From: Candidatus Latescibacterota bacterium
Lineage (GTDB): Bacteria > Latescibacterota > UBA2968 > UBA8231
Direction: 5' to 3'
Assembly: GCA_965243025.1 (NCBI GenBank)
Contig: CBDETY010000003.1
Span: 2,112,001 to 2,176,000 of the forward strand
DNA length: 64,000 nt
The position numbers and the translations under genes are program-made. Position 1 is the stretch's first letter. Each line of letters starts with the position of its first letter. The notes under the pieces were generated by a model. That model was not told the DNA's origin. It saw nothing but the letters and a program-made list of their open reading frames with translations, and did no database searches. This document shows positions 9,468 through 19,325 of the stretch, in pieces.

Positions 9468-10154
9468 ATGCTCTCCTTCCGCCGCTCCGCGGCGATCGCA
9501 CTCGCAGCGGTTGCCGCCTCGGTACTCATCCCCTGGACCGCCGACGACATCGAAAGAAACTCCGCTCTCGACATCGAGCTGGTGCGCTCCGGCAAGGTCG
9601 AGTTCAAAGGGATCGAGGCGACCTTCGAGGAGCTGTCGCGGGCATATGCCCTGACGGTCTTCTCCGAAGCGGAATTCCTCGGCTGGTCGGCGGTCCCGAA
9701 CCCGACCCATCCCGAGGCGGAGGCCCTTGTCACCTGCCGCTTCCGGGTCGCCGGAGCGGCCCCCGGTTCTTCCCCTGCCGGCGCCGCCCCCCCGCAGGTG
9801 CGGCACCGCGCGGGCCCGCTCGATGTCACCTGGCGCCTCAACACCCTCGCGGGGATCGGGATCGCCCCCCACGACGATGGCGCGCGCGACGCCATCGCCA
9901 ACTTTCGCAACACCGTCGAGGACTTCCTCGACCGCCTCGTTCTCGTCGGCAAGGAGGACGCCTTCCTGCGCGGCGGTCCGGGACCGGGGCACCCCGTCGT
10001 CGACACCCTCGATCCCGGAACCCCACTGTTGCGGGAGGAGACCGCCGGGGAATGGACCCGTGTGAAGCCCGCCGGCTCCGGCATGCAGGGAACCACCGCC
10101 GCGAGCGGCTGGCTGCGCAGCGAACACCTGGGCCTGCTGCCGGAAATCGATTGA
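9468..10154 (+). CDS. Exported hypothetical protein with C-terminal SH3-like domain
   Basis: Hydrophobic N-terminus; AFLRGGPGPGHPVVDTL...GEWTRV...SGWLRSEHL. Confidence 0.65.
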   Translation: MLSFRRSAAIALAAVAASVLIPWTADDIERNSALDIELVRSGKVEFKGIEATFEELSRAYALTVFSEAEFLGWSAVPNPTHPEAEALVTCRFRVAGAAPGSSPAGAAPPQVRHRAGPLDVTWRLNTLAGIGIAPHDDGARDAIANFRNTVEDFLDRLVLVGKEDAFLRGGPGPGHPVVDTLDPGTPLLREETAGEWTRVKPAGSGMQGTTAASGWLRSEHLGLLPEID

Positions 10155-10208
10155 CCGATCCCGCCGGCCCCGGGAATCCGTTCTGTCTGGCCGGGAAGAG
10201 AAAAAAGC

Positions 10209-10238
10209 TTGACGAACCGGGTGCAGGGCCCTTAGCCT
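10209..10238 (+). promoter_or_regulatory. Putative sigma70-type promoter of the B12 operon
   Basis: A-tract, then TTGACG-18 nt-TAGCCT, upstream of the riboswitch. Confidence 0.45.
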
Positions 10239-10274
10239 GTATCAGCGGCCTGTTGCGGCAGGCCCGGTTCAAAA

Positions 10275-10475
10275 ACAGCTGTAACGGTGCAGGTGTCCGC
10301 TGCCGACGGCAGCGGAAGAATAGGGAAGGCAGTGAAAATCTGCCGCGGTCCCGCCACTGTGACCGGTAGAACGGCCCCCGGGCCGTAACGCCCCCGGCGT
10401 CAGCCACTGATCCCCGCGATCGGGAAGGAGCCGGACGGCGATCCACCGGAAGCCAGGAGACCTGCCTGCGACCGA
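10275..10475 (+). promoter_or_regulatory. Cobalamin riboswitch
   Basis: AGGT...AATAGGGAA..GTGAAAATC..GGTCCCGCCACTGT...AGCCACTG...GGGAAGG...GAAGCCAGGAGACCTGCC (B12 box) ahead of B12 genes; ends approximate. Confidence 0.95.
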
Positions 10476-10511
10476 GGTGAACGGAATCCTTCGGCAGAAA
10501 GGTGGTCACCG

Positions 10512-12785
10512 GTGCCCGGCACCCCGACCCGCTCTCGAACGAGGGCGGGTTTTTTCATTTCCCCCCTCCTCGCCGGCCTGTTGTCGGCCCTGCATCCCCA
10601 GGTCCTTGCGGCCGGGGTCCTGCAGGGAAGGCTGGTCGACCAGGAAAGCGGAGCCCCCGTTTCAGGGGCGGTGGTGACCCTGCGCGCCCCTTCCTCGGGG
10701 CAGGTGCATTCCACCCGCAGCGACACCTCCGGCTTTTTCCGCCTCGAGAACCTCCCTCCGGGAACCTGGAATCTGCGCCTGGAACGGCTGGGGTACCGCC
10801 CTGTGCGGCTTCCCTTCCGCATTGGCGCCGGACCCGCAGCGGTCGAGTGGCGGCTCGAGCCCATCCCCCTGCTCGTGGACGAAATGATCGTCCGCGCCCG
10901 CCGCCATCCCGCCGAAGAGCACGTCGCCGCCTTCGTCGAGACCATTCCCCTCGACGGTCCGCGCCCCCCGGGGGCGGACCTCGCCCGCACCCTCGACCGC
11001 GCCGCCGGAGTCAACGTCCGCCGTTACGGCGGACTGGGCAGCTTCAGCACTCTTTCCATCCGCGGCTCCACGGCCGAGCAGGTGCTGGTCTTCCTCGACG
11101 GGGTTCCCCTGAACAACGCCGCGGGCGGCGGCGTCGACCTGGGGGGGCTGCCCGTCGGCGGCCTGGCCAGCGTCGAGATCTACCGCGGGGCGGTGCCCGA
11201 GCGCTTCGGCGGCAACAGCCTCGGCGGAGTGGTCCACCTGCGCACCCGGCCGCTCGGGAGCAGCCTCCGCACCCTTTTCAACACAGCCAGCGGCTCCTAC
11301 GGCACCCGCCGGCTGGGGGCCTCGATCGGCGGACCCTGGAAGGACTGGGAGTACCTGGGCCTCGTCGACTACCGGGCAAGCCGCAACGACTTCCGCTTCC
11401 GTGACGACAACGGCACCGAGTACAACGACCGGGACGACGGCTGGGCGCGGCGGCTCAACAGCGATTTCCGCGGCCTCCGCGGCCTCGCCAAGATCGGGCG
11501 CCCCCTCGGGGCCGGCCGCCTGCAGATCCACTCCACCTTCGACCTGAGCCGCAAGGGCATCCCCGGGATCGGCAACAACCAGTCCCTGCACACCCGCTTC
11601 GGCACCTGGCGCCACATCGCCGAGGCGGGGCTCTTCGGTCCGCTGGCGCGCGGCCGCGCCGGGTACCGGCTCAAGGCCCACCACACTCTCTCCGGGGAGG
11701 AGTACCGGGACCTGCACGGCGAAGTCGGGGTGGGCCGCCAGCACGACCGCAACACCACCCGGAGCCTCGGCCTGCGCGGCGAACTCAACAGCCTGCTGCC
11801 GGGCCGGTCCCTGCTCACCGCCTTTGCCGCGGTCCGCAGGGAGACCTTCTCCCCCGACGACCTGCTGCGGAACGACAGCCGGCTCCTGCGCAGCCGCCGC
11901 CGGAGTGTGGCGGCCGGCACCGAGGTGGAGGTGCCGCTGGGGCAGCGGCTGACCCTCAACGCCGGCACCCAGGCGGAAGCTCTCGAGGACCGCTTCTTCG
12001 ACCGCAAGAACTTCGCTCCCAGCGCCGTGCTGCCGAGCCGGGACAACCGCGAAATCCTCTGGGGATACCGCATGGGGGCGACTGTGAACCTGGGGACCGG
12101 CCTGTCCTTCAAGGCTCACAACGGCCGCTATGGGCGCGCGCCCAGTTTCTTCGAGCTCTTCGGCGACCGGGGCGCGGTGATCGGCAATACCGGTCTCGCC
12201 AGCGAACAGGGGAGCAACCGGGATATCGGCCTGGTTTTCCGCGGTCCGGCCGAAAGAACCGGGCTGGTCCTGGCCGAGGCCGTGTACTACCGCAACCGCG
12301 TCGAGGACCTAATCCGCTTCATGCAGAACTCGCAGCGGGTGTCGCGGCCCCACAACCTGGGACGCGCCTTGCTGCAGGGAGTGGAAACCCGCGCCGAGGC
12401 GCGGATGTCGTCGGTCCTGGAGGTGCGCGGCAGCTACGTGTACCAGCGCGCCGAAAACCGCACCCCGTTCTCTTTCGAACGGGGCAACGACCTGCCCAAC
12501 GCCCCCCGCCACCGGCTCGACACGCGCGTGACCCTCGACCTGTACGGCAGGGAGATATACGGAGAATTCAGCCGCGAAAGCAGGCACTTCCTCGACCGCG
12601 CCAACCTGCGCCCGGTGCCGGTCCGGGCCCTGTTCAGCGTGGGCGGCACCGTGCCGCTGGCAGGAGACCTCGCTCTTTCCTGGGAGCTGCGCAACCTCGC
12701 CGACAACCGGGTCGCCGACCTGTGGGGCTACCCGCTCCCCGGCCGCTCCTACGGGTTTTCGGTGCAGTATGCCGGCCATCCGTAA
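10512..12785 (+). CDS. btuB: TonB-dependent receptor, probable cobalamin/cobinamide transporter (BtuB-like), with N-terminal carboxypeptidase-regulatory-like domain
   Basis: Plug motif SIRGSTAEQVLVFLDGVPLN, VEIYRG, C-terminal YPLPGRSYGFSVQY; first gene behind the B12 riboswitch. Confidence 0.85.
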   Translation: MPGTPTRSRTRAGFFISPLLAGLLSALHPQVLAAGVLQGRLVDQESGAPVSGAVVTLRAPSSGQVHSTRSDTSGFFRLENLPPGTWNLRLERLGYRPVRLPFRIGAGPAAVEWRLEPIPLLVDEMIVRARRHPAEEHVAAFVETIPLDGPRPPGADLARTLDRAAGVNVRRYGGLGSFSTLSIRGSTAEQVLVFLDGVPLNNAAGGGVDLGGLPVGGLASVEIYRGAVPERFGGNSLGGVVHLRTRPLGSSLRTLFNTASGSYGTRRLGASIGGPWKDWEYLGLVDYRASRNDFRFRDDNGTEYNDRDDGWARRLNSDFRGLRGLAKIGRPLGAGRLQIHSTFDLSRKGIPGIGNNQSLHTRFGTWRHIAEAGLFGPLARGRAGYRLKAHHTLSGEEYRDLHGEVGVGRQHDRNTTRSLGLRGELNSLLPGRSLLTAFAAVRRETFSPDDLLRNDSRLLRSRRRSVAAGTEVEVPLGQRLTLNAGTQAEALEDRFFDRKNFAPSAVLPSRDNREILWGYRMGATVNLGTGLSFKAHNGRYGRAPSFFELFGDRGAVIGNTGLASEQGSNRDIGLVFRGPAERTGLVLAEAVYYRNRVEDLIRFMQNSQRVSRPHNLGRALLQGVETRAEARMSSVLEVRGSYVYQRAENRTPFSFERGNDLPNAPRHRLDTRVTLDLYGREIYGEFSRESRHFLDRANLRPVPVRALFSVGGTVPLAGDLALSWELRNLADNRVADLWGYPLPGRSYGFSVQYAGHP
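10527..10555 (+). terminator. Intrinsic terminator/attenuator (riboswitch expression platform)
   Basis: ACCCGCTCTC-GAAC-GAGGGCGGGT stem (one G-U) followed by a T tract. Confidence 0.8.
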
Positions 12786-12943
12786 ACCCGCCGGAATGAG
12801 TGGGTCCGAACTTCATGCCACCCGTTTCCCGGGAACCGGGGGACATCCGCAGCCCCGTTGTTGCCACCCGACTTTGGCGCCAGCCACCAGGCTCCGCTCA
12901 TGTCATCCGACCACACAACCTTATCGACAAGAGGAGGATTTTC

Positions 12944-14359
12944 GTGCACCGATGTTTCATCGCCGCCGCTTCAGCCGCCGGATTGCTGCTTTTGGCGGGC
13001 CCGGCCCGGGCTGAGAGCGGTCTCTTCGTCGTCACCACCGACTATTCCACCGGCAGCACCGCCTTCCTGGCCGCGGGCGCGTCCGAGGCCGAGGTCAATC
13101 TGCTGGGCATTCACTCCGATGCTGTGGGGCATTACCACGACGGCCGCGTCTATGTCGTCAACCGGCTGGGTCAGGACAACATCCTCGTGCTCGACGAGGG
13201 GGATCTGCGCACCCCCCTGGCCCAGTTCTCGGTCGGCAACGGCGCCAATCCGCACGACATCGAGGTCGTCGCCCCCGGAAAGGCGTACGTGAGCCTCTAC
13301 GACAGGGCCTCCCTGCTGATCGTCGACCCCCGCGACGGAGCCGAACTTGGCGAGATCGACCTGAGCGCTTTCGCCGACGCCGACGGCCTGCCCGAAGTGT
13401 CGCAGATCGCGCGCGTCGGCGAGCGGCTCTACCTCAGCTGCCAGCGGCTCGACCGCGACGGGGGGTGGGGGCCGGCCGACATCAGCTACCTGATCGCCGT
13501 CGATCTCGCGACCGACACCCTGGTCGACGTCGACCCGGACGCCGAGGGAGTGCAAGGCATTGCGCTGAGCGCCTCCAACCCCAACAGCATGGTGGTGATC
13601 GGGGAACGGATCGCAGTGGGAGTGGTGGTCAACTTCGGGGACCGGTCCGGGGGAGTGGAGATCGTCGACACCGCCGCCGACCGCAGCCTCGGGCTGGCGG
13701 TCAGCGAAGAGGACCTCGGCGGCGACATCACCTCCATGGTGCTCGTCGACCCGGGCCGGGGCTACGCGGTGGTCGCCGACGAGAACTTCGCCAACAGCGT
13801 GCGGCCCTTCGACCTGTCGAGCGGCAGCGTCGGCGCCCCCCTGGAAAACATCAGCGGCGGTTTCGTCCCGAACCTGGCCGCGGACGGCGACCGCCTGATC
13901 GTCGCCGACCGCGGCTCCTTCGACGATCCCGCCAGCGCCGGGCTCAAGTTCTACGACGCGGCCACCGGAGCGTTCCTGCGCGGCCCGGTCGACACCGGCC
14001 TGCCGCCGTCGAGCATCGTGGTTCTCAGCGACGCGACGGTCCCCACGGCCGTGGAAGCGGCCACGGGGGGTTTGCCGCAGGTGTTCGCCCTCGAGCCGGC
14101 CTGGCCCAATCCCTTCAACGCCTCGGTGCAGATCCCCTTTTGGGTCCGGGAGGGGAATACCGTTGTCGAGCTGACCGTTCACGACGTCCTGGGCCGCACC
14201 GTCCGCACCCTGGCCTCCGGCCCGGCGGCCGCGGGGCGGCACGTCGTCCGCTGGGACGGCCGCGGTCAGGCCGGGGAGCCGGTGGGCAACGGCGCCTACC
14301 TCGTGCGGCTGCGCGCAGGTGGCAGAGCCGCTGTCGCAAAGGTGATGTTGCTGAAATGA
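12944..14359 (+). CDS. Secreted YncE/BtuG-like beta-propeller protein with C-terminal FlgD-Ig/T9SS-like sorting domain
   Basis: GAGGAGG SD before GTG 12944; signal peptide; blades GRVYVVNR, NPHDI..KAYVS, RLYLS; tail AWPNPFN...VHDVLGRTVRTL...WDG...GAYLVRL...KVMLLK. Confidence 0.8.
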   Translation: MHRCFIAAASAAGLLLLAGPARAESGLFVVTTDYSTGSTAFLAAGASEAEVNLLGIHSDAVGHYHDGRVYVVNRLGQDNILVLDEGDLRTPLAQFSVGNGANPHDIEVVAPGKAYVSLYDRASLLIVDPRDGAELGEIDLSAFADADGLPEVSQIARVGERLYLSCQRLDRDGGWGPADISYLIAVDLATDTLVDVDPDAEGVQGIALSASNPNSMVVIGERIAVGVVVNFGDRSGGVEIVDTAADRSLGLAVSEEDLGGDITSMVLVDPGRGYAVVADENFANSVRPFDLSSGSVGAPLENISGGFVPNLAADGDRLIVADRGSFDDPASAGLKFYDAATGAFLRGPVDTGLPPSSIVVLSDATVPTAVEAATGGLPQVFALEPAWPNPFNASVQIPFWVREGNTVVELTVHDVLGRTVRTLASGPAAAGRHVVRWDGRGQAGEPVGNGAYLVRLRAGGRAAVAKVMLLK

Positions 14360-14405
14360 ACAGCGGCCCCGCGGACAAGGGGCCACAACAGGAGAGGGAA
14401 CAGAG

Positions 14406-14975
14406 ATGGTTACCCTGTCGAGGCTCTACACCAGAACGGGGGACGCCGGCATGACGCGGCTGGGCGACATGTCGCAGGTCCCCAAGACAAGCCCCCGGAT
14501 CGCCGCGTACGGGTGCGTGGACGAGCTTAACTCCGCAATCGGGCTCGCCCGGTCCTGCGGCGCCGCGCACGACGACGTCCTCGCCCGGGTGCAGAACGAT
14601 CTCTTCGACCTGGGGGCGGACCTCTGCGTCCCGCAGGGGGACGCGGAAGAGAAAGAGCGCCTGCGCGTGCAGCCGCGGCAGGTCCTTTTCCTCGAGCAGC
14701 AGATCGACGGGCTGACGCGCGGCCTCGCTCCCTTGCGGAGCTTCGTCCTGCCCGGGGGACGGCTGCCTGCGGCCTGGCTCCACCTGGCGCGCACAGTCTG
14801 CCGGCGCGCCGAGCGCGCAGCCTGGCAGCTCGCCGAACAGGAGCCGGTCGGCGAGCCCGTCCTGCAGTATCTCAACCGGCTTTCCGACCTGCTCTTCGCC
14901 ATGGCGCGGGCCGCCAACGACGGCGGCGAAGCGGATCTGTTGTGGGAGCCCGGTAAAGGCGCGGCCGATGAGTGA
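14406..14975 (+). CDS. pduO: PduO-type ATP:corrinoid adenosyltransferase
   Basis: LYTRTGDAGMT, AYGCVDELNS, QNDLFDLGADL, FVLPGG, RTVCRRAER, YLNRLSDLLF. Confidence 0.95.
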   Translation: MVTLSRLYTRTGDAGMTRLGDMSQVPKTSPRIAAYGCVDELNSAIGLARSCGAAHDDVLARVQNDLFDLGADLCVPQGDAEEKERLRVQPRQVLFLEQQIDGLTRGLAPLRSFVLPGGRLPAAWLHLARTVCRRAERAAWQLAEQEPVGEPVLQYLNRLSDLLFAMARAANDGGEADLLWEPGKGAADE

Positions 14976-16185
14976 GAGCGACATCCCCAGCGACCCCGGG
15001 GCGGCCCTTCTTCCGGCGGGGAGGTTACTGCGCAATCTGCGCTTGTTGGCCCTGCTTGCTCTCGGGGCGCCCGCTGCGAGCTGGGCCGACTGCCCCGACG
15101 ACTACGACCCGGCCAAGGACTACTTCCCCCACAAGGCCGAACTGCAGTACGCCGAGAGCTTCGCGATCGAGTACTTCGGCAGCTACAAGCTGGTCACCGT
15201 GCGCACCCCGTGGCCCGGCGCCGAAGAAGCCGTCCGCTACCTGCTGTTCCAGTGCGGCACCCCGCCACCGGAGGGGTACGAGGGGGTCCAGCGCATCACC
15301 GTGCCGGTGCGCCGACTCGCGACCCTGTCGACCACCCAGCTGCCGCACCTCGAACTGCTCGGCGCCCTCGACAACCTGGTCGCGGTCAGCGACATCGCAA
15401 TGGTGAACTCCCCCGGGGTCAACCGCCGTTTCGAGGCCGGCGGGATCGCCGAAATCGGCTACGGTCCAGGGGTCAATCTCGAGCTGGTGCTGGAACTGGA
15501 GACCGGCCTGGTCATGACCTCGGCCAGCGCCCGGTCCCGGCACAACGCCCACCCGGTCCTGCGGCAGGCCGGCGTCGCCGTGGCGATCAACGCCGAGTAC
15601 ACCGAACCCTCGCTTCTCGGCCGCAGCGAATGGCTCAAGTTCACCGCGGCCTTCCTCAACGCCGAGGCCCTGGCGGAAGAGCGGTTCGCCGGGATCGCCG
15701 CCCGCTACCACCGGTACGCCGCCCTGGTGCGGGATGTGCCGGCCCAGAGGCGCCCCACGGTGTTCGGCGGCTCCCTGTGGCGCGACACCTGGCACGTGGC
15801 CGGGGGGCGCAGCTACGCGGCGCAGCTGGTCGCCGCCGCGGGAGGCGCCTACCTGTGGGCGGACGACGATTCCAGGGGCAGCCTGCCCCTCGACTTCGAG
15901 GCGGTGTACGAAAAGGCCCACGCCGCCGACATCTGGCTGACCATGCGCAACGAGTGGCGGTCGCTGGCCGAGGTGCAGGCCGCCGACGAGCGCTACACCG
16001 CGTTCGCGGCCTTCCAGAGCGGCCGGGTCTACAATGCCAACGCCCGGCTCAACGCCCACGGCGGCAACGACTACTGGGAAAGGGGCCTCGTCGAGCCCCA
16101 CATCGTGCTGGCCGACCTGATAAGGATCCTGCATCCCGAACGGCTTCCGGAACACCAACTCGAGTACTACCGGAAACTGGACTGA
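14968..16185 (+). CDS. Fe/B12-type ABC transporter substrate-binding protein
   Basis: VPVRRLATLSTT, EYTEPSLLGRSEWLKF, NDYWERG..PHIVLADL. Confidence 0.88.
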   Translation: MSESDIPSDPGAALLPAGRLLRNLRLLALLALGAPAASWADCPDDYDPAKDYFPHKAELQYAESFAIEYFGSYKLVTVRTPWPGAEEAVRYLLFQCGTPPPEGYEGVQRITVPVRRLATLSTTQLPHLELLGALDNLVAVSDIAMVNSPGVNRRFEAGGIAEIGYGPGVNLELVLELETGLVMTSASARSRHNAHPVLRQAGVAVAINAEYTEPSLLGRSEWLKFTAAFLNAEALAEERFAGIAARYHRYAALVRDVPAQRRPTVFGGSLWRDTWHVAGGRSYAAQLVAAAGGAYLWADDDSRGSLPLDFEAVYEKAHAADIWLTMRNEWRSLAEVQAADERYTAFAAFQSGRVYNANARLNAHGGNDYWERGLVEPHIVLADLIRILHPERLPEHQLEYYRKLD

Positions 16186-16190
16186 GACCG

Positions 16191-17279
16191 GTGCCCGCCC
16201 GTTCCGATAGCGCCGCGCACGCCCCCCCCTTGCCCCGGCCGGGGCCGCGCCCGTGGCTCTTTCCGGGCATGGCCGCCGCCCTGCTCGGCTTTTTCGCGCT
16301 CAGCCTCGGCGTCGGGTCGGTCTCGATTCCGCTCGACTCGGTGGTCGCCATCCTCTGGGACGGGGCCGGCGAGAAACCGAGCTGGACCCACATCGTCCAC
16401 TCGATCCGCCTGCCGCGCGCGCTCACCGCGGTACTGGCCGGGGCCGCCCTGAGCGCCAGCGGCCTGCAGATGCAGACGCTGTTCCGCAATCCCCTCGCCG
16501 ACCCCTTCATCCTCGGCATCAGCGCCGGGGCCAGTCTGGGGGTCGCCCTGGTCGTCCTGGGAACCGGGATCACCGGGGCCGGGCTCCTGGCCGGGCTCGG
16601 GCTTCTGGGACAGGCCGGGGTGGTCGCCGCGGCGGTGGCAGGCGCCGCCCTGGTTCTCGGCCTCGTGCTCCTGGTCGGCCGGCGCCTGCAGCACGTCATG
16701 ACCCTGCTCATCCTCGGCCTGATGTTCGGCTACCTGACCGGCGCCCTGGTCAGCGTGCTGCTCTACTTCAGCATTCCCGAGCAGGTGCAGACCTACGTGC
16801 TGTGGACCTTCGGCAGCTTCGGCGCCGTAACCTGGGGACAGCTCTCCGTCCTGGCGCCGGTGGTTCTCGCCGGCCTGGGGATCGCCGGCCTGCTGGTCAA
16901 GCCCCTCAACGCCCTGCTCCTCGGCGAGACCTACGCCCGCAGCATGGGCCTGGGGGCGCGTCCGGCGCGGCTGTGGATCATCGCCAGCGCCGCGCTGCTC
17001 GCCGGCGCGGTCACCGCCTACTGCGGCCCCATAGGGTTTGTAGGGGTAGCGGTCCCGCACCTGTGCCGCGCCCTCTTCAACACCTCCGACCACCGCGTGC
17101 TGCTGCCTGCCTGCCTGCTTTCGGGCGGCATGCTGGCCCTGGCCGCGGACCTGTTGGCCCGCCTGCCGGGAAGCCAGGCCACCCTGCCGCTCAACGCCGT
17201 CACCGCCCTGATCGGGGCGCCGGTGGTCACCTGGATCATCCTGCGCCGCCGCACCCTGCGGCAGTCGTTCGCCGCCTGA
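16191..17279 (+). CDS. FecCD/BtuC-family ABC permease
   Basis: IRLPRAL, QTLFRNPLADPFILGISAGAS, LLGETYARSMG, GPIGFVG; start GTG 16191 or ATG 16269. Confidence 0.9.
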   Translation: MPARSDSAAHAPPLPRPGPRPWLFPGMAAALLGFFALSLGVGSVSIPLDSVVAILWDGAGEKPSWTHIVHSIRLPRALTAVLAGAALSASGLQMQTLFRNPLADPFILGISAGASLGVALVVLGTGITGAGLLAGLGLLGQAGVVAAAVAGAALVLGLVLLVGRRLQHVMTLLILGLMFGYLTGALVSVLLYFSIPEQVQTYVLWTFGSFGAVTWGQLSVLAPVVLAGLGIAGLLVKPLNALLLGETYARSMGLGARPARLWIIASAALLAGAVTAYCGPIGFVGVAVPHLCRALFNTSDHRVLLPACLLSGGMLALAADLLARLPGSQATLPLNAVTALIGAPVVTWIILRRRTLRQSFAA

Positions 17280-17284
17280 CCGCC

Positions 17285-18334
17285 GTGAGTGCAGCCATTC
17301 TGCAGGCAAGAGGTCTGTGCATCGGGTACGCCCCCAGGCGGCGCCCCCGCCTCGAGGTGGCCGCGGACCTGGAGGTCGAGCTGCTCGAGGGAGAGCTCGT
17401 CTGCCTGCTGGGGCCGAACGGCGCCGGCAAGTCCACGCTGGTGCGCACCCTGTCGGGCCTGCAGAGACCGCTTTCCGGTGAGGTGCTCCTCCGGGGCCGC
17501 GACCTTCACGCACTCACCGAGGGAGAACGGGCGCAACTGCTGGGGCTCGTCCTCACCGAGCGGGTCGACGCGGGCAACCTGTCGGCATACGCCCTCGCCG
17601 GACTGGGCCGCTACCCCTACACCGGCTGGGACGGGCGCCTTTCAGCTGCCGACGAGGAGGTGGTGCGCCGGGCCCTGGCCGCGGTCGGGGCCGGGGACCT
17701 CGCCGCCCGCAGCGTCGGCGAGCTCAGCGACGGCGAGCGGCAGAAGGTGATGATCGCACGGGCCCTCGCCCAGGAACCCGCCGTGCTCCTGCTCGACGAG
17801 CCCACCGCCTTTCTCGACCTGCCCCGGCGGGTCGAAATCCTGCGGTTGCTGAGAGACCTGGCCGGGGCCGGCGGCCGCGCCGTGCTGCTGTCCACCCACG
17901 ACCTCGACCTGGCCCTGCGCTGCGCCGACCGCCTCTGGCTGCTGCCGCCGGGCGGCCCCCTGCAGACCGGGGCCCCGGAGGACCTGGTGCTTAGCGGAGC
18001 CTTCCAGCGGACCTTCGCCGGCGTCGAGTTCAATACCGCGACCGGTTCCTTCCAGCTGGAACAGGAGCCGGAAGGGGTGGTCGGCCTGGAGGGAGAAGGG
18101 CTCCATGCCCTGTGGACGGCGCGCGCCCTGGAGCGGGCCGGCTTCCGCGTCGACACCGCTGAGAATGCCCGGATTCGCGTCGAGCTTCTCCAGGACGGGG
18201 GCGCTACCGCCTGGCGCCTCCGGACCGGGGCGGAACCCCGGGTCTGCGCCACTCTTCACGAGGTGGTCGGCTGCCTGAAACATCACCTTGCCGATAGCGG
18301 CGAGCCCCCGCTCGAAGGAAGCGGGGATCGATGA
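17285..18334 (+). CDS. BtuD/FecE-family ABC ATPase
   Basis: GPNGAGKST, LSDGERQK, LLLDEPT, STHD. Confidence 0.9.
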   Translation: MSAAILQARGLCIGYAPRRRPRLEVAADLEVELLEGELVCLLGPNGAGKSTLVRTLSGLQRPLSGEVLLRGRDLHALTEGERAQLLGLVLTERVDAGNLSAYALAGLGRYPYTGWDGRLSAADEEVVRRALAAVGAGDLAARSVGELSDGERQKVMIARALAQEPAVLLLDEPTAFLDLPRRVEILRLLRDLAGAGGRAVLLSTHDLDLALRCADRLWLLPPGGPLQTGAPEDLVLSGAFQRTFAGVEFNTATGSFQLEQEPEGVVGLEGEGLHALWTARALERAGFRVDTAENARIRVELLQDGGATAWRLRTGAEPRVCATLHEVVGCLKHHLADSGEPPLEGSGDR

Positions 18335-19260
18335 ACCGCGTCGTCTCCCTGCTGCCGAGCAGCACCGAGATCATCTGCGCCCTCGGCTGCGGGGAGCGCC
18401 TGGTCGGCCGCTCCCACGAGTGCGACTACCCTCCGGGGGTCGGAGACCTGCCGGCATGCACGGCGCCCAAGTTCGACCCGGACGGCACCTCGTACCAGAT
18501 CGATCAGCGGGTCAAGGCGATACTCCAGGAGGCGGTCTCCGTGTACCGGGTGGACGCCGGCCTGCTCGACGAGCTGGAACCGGATCTGCTCGTGACGCAG
18601 TCGCAGTGCGAGGTCTGCGCCGTCAGCCTCGAGGAGGTCGAGAAGGCGGCCTGCCAGCTGGTGCGCTCCCGGCCGGCCATTCTTTCCCTGGAGCCCAACC
18701 GCCTCGCCGATGTCTGGGACGATATCGAACGGGTCGCCGCGGCCCTCGAAGTCGAGGACCGGGGCCGCGCCCTGGCGTCCGGACTGCGGGACCGTCTCGA
18801 ATCGATCGCCTCCCGCACCCCCTGCATTGACGACCGCCCGCGGGTCGCCTGCATCGAGTGGTTCGAGCCGCTGATGGCGGCGGGCAACTGGGTTCCCGAG
18901 CTGGTGGAGATTGCTGGAGGCCGGCACCTCTTCGCCGCCGCGGGAGGGCATTCCCCCTGGCTGTCGTGGGAGGCCCTCGAAGAGGCGCAGCCGGACTGCA
19001 TCGTGCTGATGCCGTGCGGCTTCGACATCCCCCGCTCCCGGAGCGAACTCCCCGCGCTGACCCGGCAGCCGGGGTGGCCGCGGTTGCGGGCGGTGCAGGA
19101 GGGGCGGGTGTTCCTCACCGACGGCAACCAGTTCTTCAACCGCCCGGGGCCGCGCCTCGTGGAGTCGGCGGAAATCCTCGCCGAAATCCTGCATCCCCGG
19201 TATTTCGAGTGCACCCGCGAGGTTTCGGGATGGGAGCGGTGGGAAGGGCCTGCCGGATGA
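18331..19260 (+). CDS. BtuF-like cobalamin-binding protein without evident signal peptide
   Basis: RVVSLLPSSTEI..LG, VGRSHECDYP, TQSQCEVCAV, FNRPGPRLVES. Confidence 0.82.
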   Translation: MNRVVSLLPSSTEIICALGCGERLVGRSHECDYPPGVGDLPACTAPKFDPDGTSYQIDQRVKAILQEAVSVYRVDAGLLDELEPDLLVTQSQCEVCAVSLEEVEKAACQLVRSRPAILSLEPNRLADVWDDIERVAAALEVEDRGRALASGLRDRLESIASRTPCIDDRPRVACIEWFEPLMAAGNWVPELVEIAGGRHLFAAAGGHSPWLSWEALEEAQPDCIVLMPCGFDIPRSRSELPALTRQPGWPRLRAVQEGRVFLTDGNQFFNRPGPRLVESAEILAEILHPRYFECTREVSGWERWEGPAG

Positions 19261-19325
19261 CCGGAAAGCCGATATGCAAGACCGGGATTGCCGGGGCCGG
19301 GAACTTCGAGGAAAGGTTTTGAGAA

